NCBI GenBank assembly: GCA_964057225.1
Contig: OZ059894.1
Coordinates: forward strand, 19,344,001 to 19,408,000
DNA: 64,000 nucleotides
Direction of reading: 5' to 3'
Source of the DNA: Auanema rhodensis
Taxonomy: Eukaryota; Animalia; Nematoda
The notes below the pieces were generated by a model. The model saw nothing but the letters and a program-made list of their open reading frames with translations. It made no database searches and was not told where the DNA came from. The translations under genes and the position numbers were made by a program. Numbering within the stretch: the first letter of the stretch is position 1; the number at the start of each line of letters is the position of its first letter. Of this stretch, positions 45,001-54,063 are shown piece after piece.

Positions 45001-48000
45001 TTTCAAAATAATTTAGCAAAAAGTAGATGTTTTTAGATTCCATTTTTCAAGGCAAAGACGATGGACAATGTTATTCAACGAAAAAATTAATTCTTCAGGG
45101 TGAAAATCGAGGATATAAGTGTGAACTTATATCAGTTGATATCTCGGTGCATTTTTAAGCTAGCGCAAATCTGATAACACAGATCGACGCAGCTTAAAAA
45201 TCCGCATCGAATGCACTATACTACATTGAAAAACGCTTAATACAAAAATTAGTTATGATCGTTCGAAAAATGATGCATTAGTGTATGTTGAGTTTCCATG
45301 TACACTCAACATTGCTTCCAAAAACATTTTGACAAAAATTTTTTCGAAAAATTTCAGAATAATTTAGCAAAAAGTAGATGTTTTTAGATTCCTTTTTTCA
45401 AGGCAAAGACGATGGACAATGTTATTCAACGAAAAAATTAATTCTTCAGGGTGAAAATCGAGGATATAAGTGTGAACTTATATCAGTTGATATCTCGGTG
45501 CATTTTTAAGCTAGCGCAAATCTGATAACACAGATCGACGCAGCGTAAAAATCCGCATCGAATGCACTATACTACATTGAAAAACGCTTAATACAAAAAT
45601 TAGTTATGATCGTTCGAAAAATGATGCATTAGTGTATGTTGAGTTTCCATGTACACTCAACATTGCTTCCAAAAACATTTTGACAAAAATTTTTTCGAAA
45701 AATTTCAGAATAATTTAGCAAAAAGTAGATGTTTTTAGATTCCTTTTTTCAAGGCAAAGACGATGGTCAATGTTATTCAACGAAAAAATCAATTCTTCAG
45801 GGTGAAAATCGAGTATATAAGTGTGAACTTATATCAGTTGATATCTCGGTGCATTTTTAAGCTAGCGCAAATCTGATAACACAGATCGACGCAGCTTAAA
45901 AATCCGCATCGAATGCACTATACTACATTGAGAAACGCTTAATACAAAAATTAGTTATGATCGTTTGAAAAATGATGCATTAGTGTATGTTGAGTTTCCA
46001 TGTACACTCAACATTGCTTCCAAAAACATTTTGACAAAAATTTTTTCGAAAAATTTCAGAATAATTTAGCAAAAAGTAGATGTTTTTAGATTTCTTTTTT
46101 CAAGGCAAAGACGATGGTCAATGTTATTCAACGAAAAAATCAATTCTTCAGGGTGAAAATCGAGGATATAAGTGTGAACTTATATCAGTTGATATCTCGG
46201 TGCATTTTTAAGCTAGCGCAAATCTGATAACACAGATCGACGCAGCTTAAAAATCCGCATCGAATGCACTATACTACATTGAGAAACGCTTAATACAAAA
46301 ATTAGTTATGATCGTTTGAAAAATGATGCGTTAGTGTATGTTGAGTTTCCATGTACACTCAACATTGCTTCCAAAAACATTTTGACAAAAATTTTTTCGA
46401 AAAATTTCAAAATAATTTAGCAAAAAGTAGATGTTTTTAGATTCCATTTTTCAAGGCAAAGACGATGGACAATGTTATTCAACGAAAAAATTAAAATTTT
46501 CACACTTATATCAGTTGATATCTCGGTGCATTTTTAAGCTAGCGCAAATCTGATAACACAGATCGACGCAGCTTAAAAATCCGCATCGAATGCACTATAC
46601 TACATTGAAAAACGCTTAATACAAAAATTAGTTATGATCGTTCGAAAAATGATGCATTAGTGTATGTTGAGTTTCCATGTACACTCAACATTGCTTCCAA
46701 AAACATTTTGACAAAAATTTTTTCGAAAAATTTCAGAATAATTTAGCAAAAAGTAGATGTTTTTAGATTCCTTTTTTCAAGGCAAAGACGATGGTCAATG
46801 TTATTCAACGAAAAAATCAAATCTTCAGGGTGAAAATCGAGTATATAAGTGTGAACTTATATCAGTTGATATCTCGGTGCATTTTTAAGCTAGCGCAAAT
46901 CTGATAACACAGATCGACGCAGCTTAAAAATCCGCATCGAATGCACTATACTACATTGAGAAACGCTTAATACAAAAATTAGTTATGATCGTTTGAAAAA
47001 TGATGCATTAGTGTATGTTGAGTTTCCATGTACACTCAACATTGCTTCCAAAAACATTTTGACAAAAATTTTTTCGAAAAATTTCAGAATAATTTAGCAA
47101 AAAGTAGATGTTTTTAGATTTCTTTTTTCAAGGCAAAGACGATGGTCAATGTTATTCAACGAAAAAATCAATTCTTCAGGGTGAAAATCGAGGATATAAG
47201 TGTGAACTTATATCAGTTGATATCTCGGTGCATTTTTAAGCTAGCGCAAATCTGATAACACAGATCGACGCAGCTTAAAAATCCGCATCGAATGCACTAT
47301 ACTACATTGAGAAACGCTTAATACAAAAATTAGTTATGATCGTTTGAAAAATGATGCGTTAGTGTATGTTGAGTTTCCATGTACACTCAACATTGCTTCC
47401 AAAAACATTTTGACAAAAATTTTTTCGAAAAATTTCAAAATAATTTAGCAAAAAGTAGATGTTTTTAGATTCCATTTTTCAAGGCAAAGACGATGGACAA
47501 TGTTATTCAACGAAAAAATTAAAATTTTCACACTTATATCAGTTGATATCTCGGTGCATTTTTAAGCTAGCGCAAATCTGATAACACAGATCGACGCAGC
47601 TTAAAAATCCGCATCGAATGCACTATACTACATTGAAAAACGCTTAATACAAAAATTAGTTATGATCGTTCGAAAAATGATGCATTAGTGTATGTTGAGT
47701 TTCCATGTACACTCAACATTGCTTCCAAAAACATTTTGACAAAAATTTTTTCGAAAAATTTCAGAATAATTTAGCAAAAAGTAGATGTTTTTAGATTCCT
47801 TTTTTCAAGGCAAAGACGATGGTCAATGTTATTCAACGAAAAAATCAAATCTTCAGGGTGAAAATCGAGGATATAAGTGTGAACTTATATCAGTTGATAT
47901 CTCGGTGCATTTTTAAGCTAGCGCAAATCTGATAACACAGATCGACGCAGCTTAAAAATCCGCATCGAATGCACTATACTACATTGAGAAACGCTCAATA

Positions 48001-49780
48001 CAAAATATAGTTATGATCGTTTGAAAAATGATGCATTAGTGTATGTTGAGTTTCCATGTACACTCAACATTGCTTCCAAAAACATTTTGACAAAAATTTT
48101 TTCGAAAAATTTCAGAATAATTTAGCAAGAAGTAGATGTTTTTAGATTCCATTTTTCAAGGCAAAGACGATGGACAATGTTATTCAACGAAAAAATTAAT
48201 TCTTCAGGGTGAAAATCGAGGATATAAGTGTGAACTTATATCAGTTGATATCTCGGTGCATTTTTAAGCTAGCGCAAATCTGATAACACAGATCGACGCA
48301 GCTTAAAAATCCGCATCGAATGCACTATACTCATTGAAAAACGCTTAATACAAAAATTAGTTATGATCGTTCGAAAAATGATGCATTAGTGTATGTTGAG
48401 TTTCCATGTACACTCAACATTGCTTCCAAAAACATTTTGACAAAAATTTTTTCGAAAAATTTCAGAATAATTTAGCAAAAAGTAGATGTTTTTAGATTCC
48501 TTTTTTCAAGGCAAAGACGATGGACAATGTTATTCAACGAAAAAATTAATTCTTCAGGGTGAAAATCGAGTATATAAGTGTGAACTTATATCAGTTGATA
48601 TCTCGGTGCATTTTTAAGCTAGCGCAAATCTGATAACACAGATCGACGCAGCTTAAAAATCCGCATCGAATGCACTATACTACATTGAGAAACGCTTAAT
48701 ACAAAAATTAGTTATGATCGTTTGAAAAATGATGCATTAGTGTATGTTGAGTTTCCATGTACACTCAACATTGCTTCCAAAAACATTTTGACAAAAATTT
48801 TTTCGAAAAATTTCAGAATAATTTAGCAAAAAGTAGATGTTTTTAGATTTCTTTTTTCAAGGCAAAGACGATGGTCAATGTTATTCAACGAAAAAATCAA
48901 TTCTTCAGGGTGAAAATCGAGGATATAAGTGTGAACTTATATCAGTTGATATCTCGGTGCATTTTTAAGCTAGCGCAAATCTGATAACACAGATCGACGC
49001 AGCTTAAAAATCCGCATCGAATGCACTATACTACATTGAGAAACGCTTAATACAAAAATTAGTTATGATCGTTTGAAAAATGATGCGTTAGTGTATGTTG
49101 AGTTTCCATGTACACTCAACATTGCTTCCAAAAACATTTTGACAAAAATTTTTTCGAAAAATTTCAAAATAATTTAGCAAAAAGTAGATGTTTTTAGATT
49201 CCATTTTTCAAGGCAAAGACGATGGACAATGTTATTCAACGAAAAAATTAATTCTTCAGGGTGAAAATCGAGGATATAAGTGTGAACTTATATCAGTTGA
49301 TATCTCGGTGCATTTTTAAGCTAGCGCAAATCTGATAACACAGATCGACGCAGCTTAAAAATCCGCATCGAATGCACTATACTACATTGAAAAACGCTTA
49401 ATACAAAAATTAGTTATGATCGTTCGAAAAATGATGCATTAGTGTATGTTGAGTTTCCATGTACACTCAACATTGCTTCCAAAAACATTTTGACAAAAAT
49501 TTTTTCGAAAAATTTCAAAATAATTTAGCAAAAAGTAGATGTTTTTAGATTCCATTTTTCAAGGCAAAGACGATGGACAATGTTATTCAACGAAAAAATT
49601 AATTCTTCAGGGTGAAAATCGAGGATATAAGTGTGAACTTATATCAGTTGATATCTCGGTGCATTTTTAAGCTAGCGCAAATCTGATAACACAGATCGAC
49701 GCAGCTTAAAAATCCGCATCGAATGCACTATACTACATTGAAAAACGCTTAATACAAAAATTAGTTATGATCGTTCGAAA
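1..49780. repeat. 351-bp tandem satellite DNA array (~142 monomers), probably centromeric/pericentromeric
   Basis: TAGATGTTTTTAGATTCC recurs at 1, 352, 703, 1054 and onward (period 351). Monomers differ at only about a dozen recurrent sites. The array is AT-rich and has no ORFs in the track. The centromeric role is inferred, not shown. Confidence 0.98.
31040..35249. repeat. Two consecutive copies of a 6-monomer higher-order repeat (2105 bp)
   Basis: Monomer variants occur in a fixed order: A (TCAAATCTT, GCTCAATACAAAATATAG), B (1-bp deletion TATACTCATT, 350 bp), C (GCAGCGTAAA), D (CGAGTATAT), E (GATTTCTTTT, GATGCGTTAG), F (near consensus). Type A starts at 31040 and 33145, 2105 bp apart (6x351-1). 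Confidence 0.85.
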
Positions 49781-49818
49781 AATTATTCTATTTTACTAGT
49801 CTACGACGTTAAATAAGA
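49781..49818 (-). repeat. 3' terminal extension (rE) beyond the right ITR, copy 1
   Basis: 38 bp absent from the left ITR and complementary to part of the ICR. Confidence 0.9.
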
Positions 49819-49965
49819 ATTATATTTATTCGAAATGCTTTATTTCGTAATAGGTCCTCACATAAAACAAACAAAAAAAAATTCAAATTATCTCTCAGGT
49901 TCCCTTTCCCACGTTTCTTTGGGCGGGAAACAGTGAGAGTAAGCGATCGTCCTTATTCATTTCAG
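49819..49965 (-). repeat. Right (3') inverted terminal repeat, copy 1 (147 bp)
   Basis: ATTATATTTATTCGAAATGC...CATTTCAG, reverse complement of 54064-54210. Confidence 0.95.
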
Positions 49966-50211
49966 GTGTCCAAAAAAGGAAGAATAGAAAGGCAGCATAA
50001 CAATAACAAAATAAAAGAACAATAGTAACAGAAGGAAAGGAAAGGCTGCGGATAGCAGGCAGCATGCTAACCTATCTCTTGCGGTCGTAGTTGGTGCGTT
50101 GTGCAGGCTTGAATCTGGAAAGTTATGATAAAGACATCGAAAGTGGGCGAGCTCGAGTGGAAGTCCTCAGGTTGGTTAGCGGGAGCGCAGTAGGGGTGGA
50201 GGTGGGAGATA

Positions 50212-50284
50212 TTCGAATAAATATAATTCTTATTTAACGTCGTAGACTAGTAAAATAGAATAATTATATTTATTCGAAATGCTT
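50212..50284. repeat. Internal complementary region (ICR), copy 1
   Basis: 50212-50265 is the reverse complement of the element 3' end (49781-49834). 50263-50284 is the reverse complement of the element 5' end (54189-54210). The two parts overlap at ATT (50263-50265). Confidence 0.93.
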
Positions 50285-50286
50285 CT

Positions 50287-51543
50287 TCAAAAAAGAATCT
50301 TGGACTGGAACGAGGTTCTTCGCTCATAGTGGGTGAAGAAGGTTTTTTCTGAAGCCCAGTTAGCCGCCTTGAGGATGTCGCCTATAGGTAGACCTTGCGC
50401 TAGTGCCTTCGAGGTCACAGCCGAGCGTGTTGAGTGAGCTTTGAAGGTAGTGGGTATGCCCGCGCTGTGCAGGGTCTTTCTAATCCAACCAGAAATGGTG
50501 GTGGGTTCCACTGCTGCTCCATTCTTTCTGTTAAGAAAGAGGCATCTTGTTCGGCGGAGTTCCATGGTTCGAGATAGGTATTCATTTATGCAGTTAATAG
50601 GGCACAGGTTATTGCGTGTGGGGAAGTTCTCGAACTTCGCTTCATGCGGGGGTCCCTTAGATCTGTTTTTATTGCGTTTATTTATGAAGAAAGTTAACCC
50701 TTCTGCGTCGATACGCATGTGATCTAGGGAGAAAACGGCCAATTCGCTCACCCTCTTTGGAGAGCATAGGGCCAATAGAGTGGCTAGCTTGTGAGTGAGA
50801 GACTCTAGGCTGAGTTGGACGTTGGGGCCCAGCCTATCAAGGAAGTCCAAGACTTCGGAGGGGTCCCAGGTGTCTACGTACCTAGCCCCTGAAGGCTTCT
50901 CTCTGAACAAACCCCTCATGAGGCGGAGGAGCAGCACGTTCTCCTTTAGGGAGGGGGAGACCCCTAGGTGATCGGCCAATGCGGATATCGCTACCTTGTG
51001 TATGCGTACTGTGGAGAAGGCCTTAGTTTGAGCGAGAAATGATAGATAGTTAGCAACCGTTACTGGGTTGGGAGTAAAAGGTATCTTCTGCTTATTGCAG
51101 TAAGCTTTCCAGTTCTTGAGAGCACAGCCGTACTGTTTGCGTGTTCCTGGGGCCCAGGATTCGTTTAGGAGTCTCTTAGTCTCTGCTGTTACTCCCTCAA
51201 AGGAGTTTGTTAAATCTTCCACGCTGCTAATTGGAAATTCGGCGACTGCAGGAGAGGATGTGGGTTTCCTTCCCGGTCGGACAGCAGGTTCGGGTGTTGG
51301 AGCAGCAAGGGAGGCTCCTTGGATCTCTCTTGGAGTAGGGGAAACCACATTTGGCTCTTCCAGAATGGTGCTATCACTATAGCCGACCTCTGGGAGCTGG
51401 CGAGCTTTCCTAAGGTCTTGTGCAGGAGGTGGAAAGGTGGAAATACGTAAAGTAATCCGTCTGGCAGCTGCTGCCAATTGAACAAGAGTGCGTTCACTCC
51501 TAATGCGGCGCAATCTGGAAAGAAGGAGTAGAAAAGGGCGCAT
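50287..51543 (-). CDS. DIRS tyrosine recombinase (phage integrase family), 418 aa from the first ATG
   Basis: Catalytic residues R (PKRVSEL), K (KRNKNR), HxxR (HSTRS), W (AANW) and Y (FTHY). An N-terminal core-binding-like segment is present (SWAPGTRKQY...W). The track's 51555 start is TTG and the first ATG is at 51543; the true start is uncertain. Confidence 0.93.
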   Translation of the reverse strand: MRPFLLLLSRLRRIRSERTLVQLAAAARRITLRISTFPPPAQDLRKARQLPEVGYSDSTILEEPNVVSPTPREIQGASLAAPTPEPAVRPGRKPTSSPAVAEFPISSVEDLTNSFEGVTAETKRLLNESWAPGTRKQYGCALKNWKAYCNKQKIPFTPNPVTVANYLSFLAQTKAFSTVRIHKVAISALADHLGVSPSLKENVLLLRLMRGLFREKPSGARYVDTWDPSEVLDFLDRLGPNVQLSLESLTHKLATLLALCSPKRVSELAVFSLDHMRIDAEGLTFFINKRNKNRSKGPPHEAKFENFPTRNNLCPINCINEYLSRTMELRRTRCLFLNRKNGAAVEPTTISGWIRKTLHSAGIPTTFKAHSTRSAVTSKALAQGLPIGDILKAANWASEKTFFTHYERRTSFQSKILF

Positions 51544-54032
51544 TTGGCGTTCCAAGTGGACGCGAACAGGTCTATTTTGGGTTCACCCCATTTGGAAAAT
51601 ATTGATCTAGTGATCTCCGGATGGAGCGACCAGTCTTCCTTCAAAATTCTGCCGCGGGACAGGCAGTCGGCAGCCGTATTGATTTTTCCCGCTATATGCG
51701 ATGCTCTGATTCTGAGCTTACGGGTATCGGCAAATTGCCATAACTCCAGTGCTAATCTAGTGCCCTTCTGGGATTGACTCCCGCCCCTACGGTTGATGTA
51801 GGCAATGGCAGAAGTATTATCTAAGAGTAAGAGAACGTCGAGATTGAGCCAGGTCTTGCCGAACTCTGTTAGACCCTTCGTTGCTGCAATCAGCTCCAGC
51901 CAGTTTATATGGTAGTTAAAGCGTTCTGCCTCGGACCAAGATCCTGACAAGGTATTACCTTCCCACGAAGCGCCAAAACCCTCCAGGGAGGCATCTGAGG
52001 TAATGGAGTATCGGGGAGAAAAGGGCGTGAGCGAGGATACTTCTGATAGACGGGGAACGTCCTTGGTTCGAAGATCCTCCAGGATCTTTCTTAACGATCG
52101 ATCTATTCTTAGAATTTGAGGGAAGGCATTGGGATCATTTACGTTCGTAATTCCTTTAAGCCGTAGGTGGAAGTGCAGTTCACGGTTTCTGAAGGAGAGG
52201 TTAGGTGCTACCAGAGACGCAAAGTTCAATTTTCCCATTAGCGAGGCTAATGCTCTTATACTCAGCTCTGATTGAGCTGTTAAACGAGTGAGAGACTCGA
52301 GCAAACCCTTTTTCTTGGCCTTTGGGAGAGACCAGCTCATCGATCTTGAATTCAGCTGAATACCAAGAAATTCTATTTCTTGTGTGGGTATCATAATTGA
52401 TTTATCCCAGTTTATCGTAAAACCCGCGCGATCAAAAGTAATTAGAATCTCTGTTAGTTGGGACCTGAGACAATCAGGATCCTCCGAGATGAACAGCCAG
52501 TCATCTAAGTAGTTGATGAGATTGATCCCTTTACCCCGAAAATGGGATACCAGAACACGCATTAGCTTATGGAATATGTAGGGGGCTGAGCTCAGCCCAA
52601 AAGGGAGTGCTCTAAATAGGAAAGTGCGCCCCTCTGCTGTGAAAGCTAGGAAGGGTTGATCCTTCGGATCGATACTAATCGCGTGGTAGGCTGAATGAAA
52701 ATCGATTTTGATCATGAAATTATCCTGTCGTAGGAGCGACGGGATGTCCCGAAGGGATTCTAGCTTGAACTTGGGTACTCGGAGAAAAGTGTTCAGGCGC
52801 TTTAAATTGAGGATGAAACGGGCCGTGCCGTCCGCCTTGGGAACGTGGAAGGTCGGGGATATGAAAACCTTCTCCCTCGGGGCGGCCTCTCGAATGGCGC
52901 CAGTGTACAGCAGTTCCTGGATATCCGACCTGGGTTGCTCCGGCAAGGTAGAGCAGATGGGTGGCAGCGATAAAGGTGGAGGTGTGCGGGCAAAGGGGAG
53001 ACTATAGCCCTGAACCGCGTTAAGGATCTCCTTGTCCCTGGAGATGGACGCCCAAAAGGTTGTGGTGGAGGATACCCGGCATGCGAAAGGAAAAGTGACT
53101 AACCTCTTTCTCTGGTTAGTAGCGAACGTTGAGAAGGTAGCTTGTCTCTTGGGGGCTGAGCGTGGCCGTTGGGCATCATTCCTGCGAGGAGTTGTTCTGG
53201 AGCTTCTGGACAGTTCGGAGTACGACGATAGTTCTGCTCTGAGCTTCTTGCCAAACAGTTCGGGTGCCGAATCCTCTGGAGCGTTGTCTACCGGGATCAC
53301 GGTTCCATAGATGGGGGACTTCTTGAAGCTAGGCATGGCTCGGTAGGGTTGAGAGATCTTCATCTTGGTTAGAGCACACTCTCGCAAGTTGGTGCAGTGG
53401 GTCTTGATGTTAGCGCTGAGGAAGCGCTCCACTATGGCAAAGTATGCCTCCTGTTTTGTTGACAGACGAGAGTCCCTATCTATCCTGCCCAGCTTGCGAA
53501 TTATCTTGATGTTAGAAAGAACGATTAGATCATTCTCGTATGCCGTGCGTATCTCAGCTTCGGACAGACGGATAGTGGGCTTGATGTTATTGTCCACGTG
53601 AGTAGTGTAGCGGTCGTCCAAGACCGGTAGTCGAGCGAACGGTGAGTCGATATTTGGGAGTTCCGAGATGAGCTCAGCTCTCTCGGTCGAGGACATGAGC
53701 AGTCCCGAGGCGAGTCTCTCGAAATCAGCAGTCTCGGAGGAAGATAGGCGAACGAGTGGCCTAGATCTGGGTCCGTGTGCCTCCGGTGGCATGGGGACCG
53801 TTTCGTCTTCGTCGTCCTCTGAATAGAGGTCCTCTTTCTCGGGCTGGTCCGAGTTCGGAGGTGGTGGGGAAGGAGCTTCTACCCTTCTCCTCTCGACGTG
53901 TTGACGGTCGGTGGAGATAGACGTTGGAGATGTTGAGCGTGACGATCTCGAAGAAGAAGAGCTGAAGGCTCGTACTCTTCTCGGAGAAGTTTCAGTCGGG
54001 GCTTGTCCCTGACGAGTGTGGCTTGGAGCCAT
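51210..54032 (-). CDS. DIRS polyprotein: Gag-like + reverse transcriptase + RNase H + DNA N6-adenine methyltransferase-like domain (940 aa)
   Basis: RT motifs KIDFHSAY, LPFGLSSAP and YLDD (~52500-52511). RNase H motifs TSDAS, HINWLEL, LDNTSA and ADCLSR. Methyltransferase-like motifs IDLFAS, YVFPPF and APFWKSQMWFP. The N-terminal ~300 aa is called Gag-like by position and composition only. Confidence 0.94.
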   Translation of the reverse strand: MAPSHTRQGQAPTETSPRRVRAFSSSSSRSSRSTSPTSISTDRQHVERRRVEAPSPPPPNSDQPEKEDLYSEDDEDETVPMPPEAHGPRSRPLVRLSSSETADFERLASGLLMSSTERAELISELPNIDSPFARLPVLDDRYTTHVDNNIKPTIRLSEAEIRTAYENDLIVLSNIKIIRKLGRIDRDSRLSTKQEAYFAIVERFLSANIKTHCTNLRECALTKMKISQPYRAMPSFKKSPIYGTVIPVDNAPEDSAPELFGKKLRAELSSYSELSRSSRTTPRRNDAQRPRSAPKRQATFSTFATNQRKRLVTFPFACRVSSTTTFWASISRDKEILNAVQGYSLPFARTPPPLSLPPICSTLPEQPRSDIQELLYTGAIREAAPREKVFISPTFHVPKADGTARFILNLKRLNTFLRVPKFKLESLRDIPSLLRQDNFMIKIDFHSAYHAISIDPKDQPFLAFTAEGRTFLFRALPFGLSSAPYIFHKLMRVLVSHFRGKGINLINYLDDWLFISEDPDCLRSQLTEILITFDRAGFTINWDKSIMIPTQEIEFLGIQLNSRSMSWSLPKAKKKGLLESLTRLTAQSELSIRALASLMGKLNFASLVAPNLSFRNRELHFHLRLKGITNVNDPNAFPQILRIDRSLRKILEDLRTKDVPRLSEVSSLTPFSPRYSITSDASLEGFGASWEGNTLSGSWSEAERFNYHINWLELIAATKGLTEFGKTWLNLDVLLLLDNTSAIAYINRRGGSQSQKGTRLALELWQFADTRKLRIRASHIAGKINTAADCLSRGRILKEDWSLHPEITRSIFSKWGEPKIDLFASTWNAKCALFYSFFPDCAALGVNALLFNWQQLPDGLLYVFPPFHLLHKTLGKLASSQRSAIVIAPFWKSQMWFPLLQERSKEPPLLLQHPNLLSDREGNPHPLLQSPNFQLAAWKI

Positions 54033-54063
54033 GGACGATCGTATGTGAGGCTCAACGAAAAAA

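Noticed and set aside
1-49780. CRISPR array or coding repeat
   Set aside because: The monomers are contiguous and near-identical, with no unique spacers, no cas genes and no ORFs.
50181-50206. G-rich tract next to the ICR (possible G-quadruplex)
   Set aside because: Only three runs of three or more G are present, so support is too weak.
50441-53601. Short ORFs of 63-99 aa (mostly plus strand) inside copy 1, and their twins in copy 2
   Set aside because: They are antisense or alternate-frame shadows of the recombinase and polyprotein genes, often with non-ATG starts and no recognisable motifs.
54052-54063. 12-bp match TCAACGAAAAAA between the element 5' UTR and satellite positions 52-63 (possible guide or homology)
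   Set aside because: It is low complexity, plausible by chance, and far from the insertion position in the monomer.
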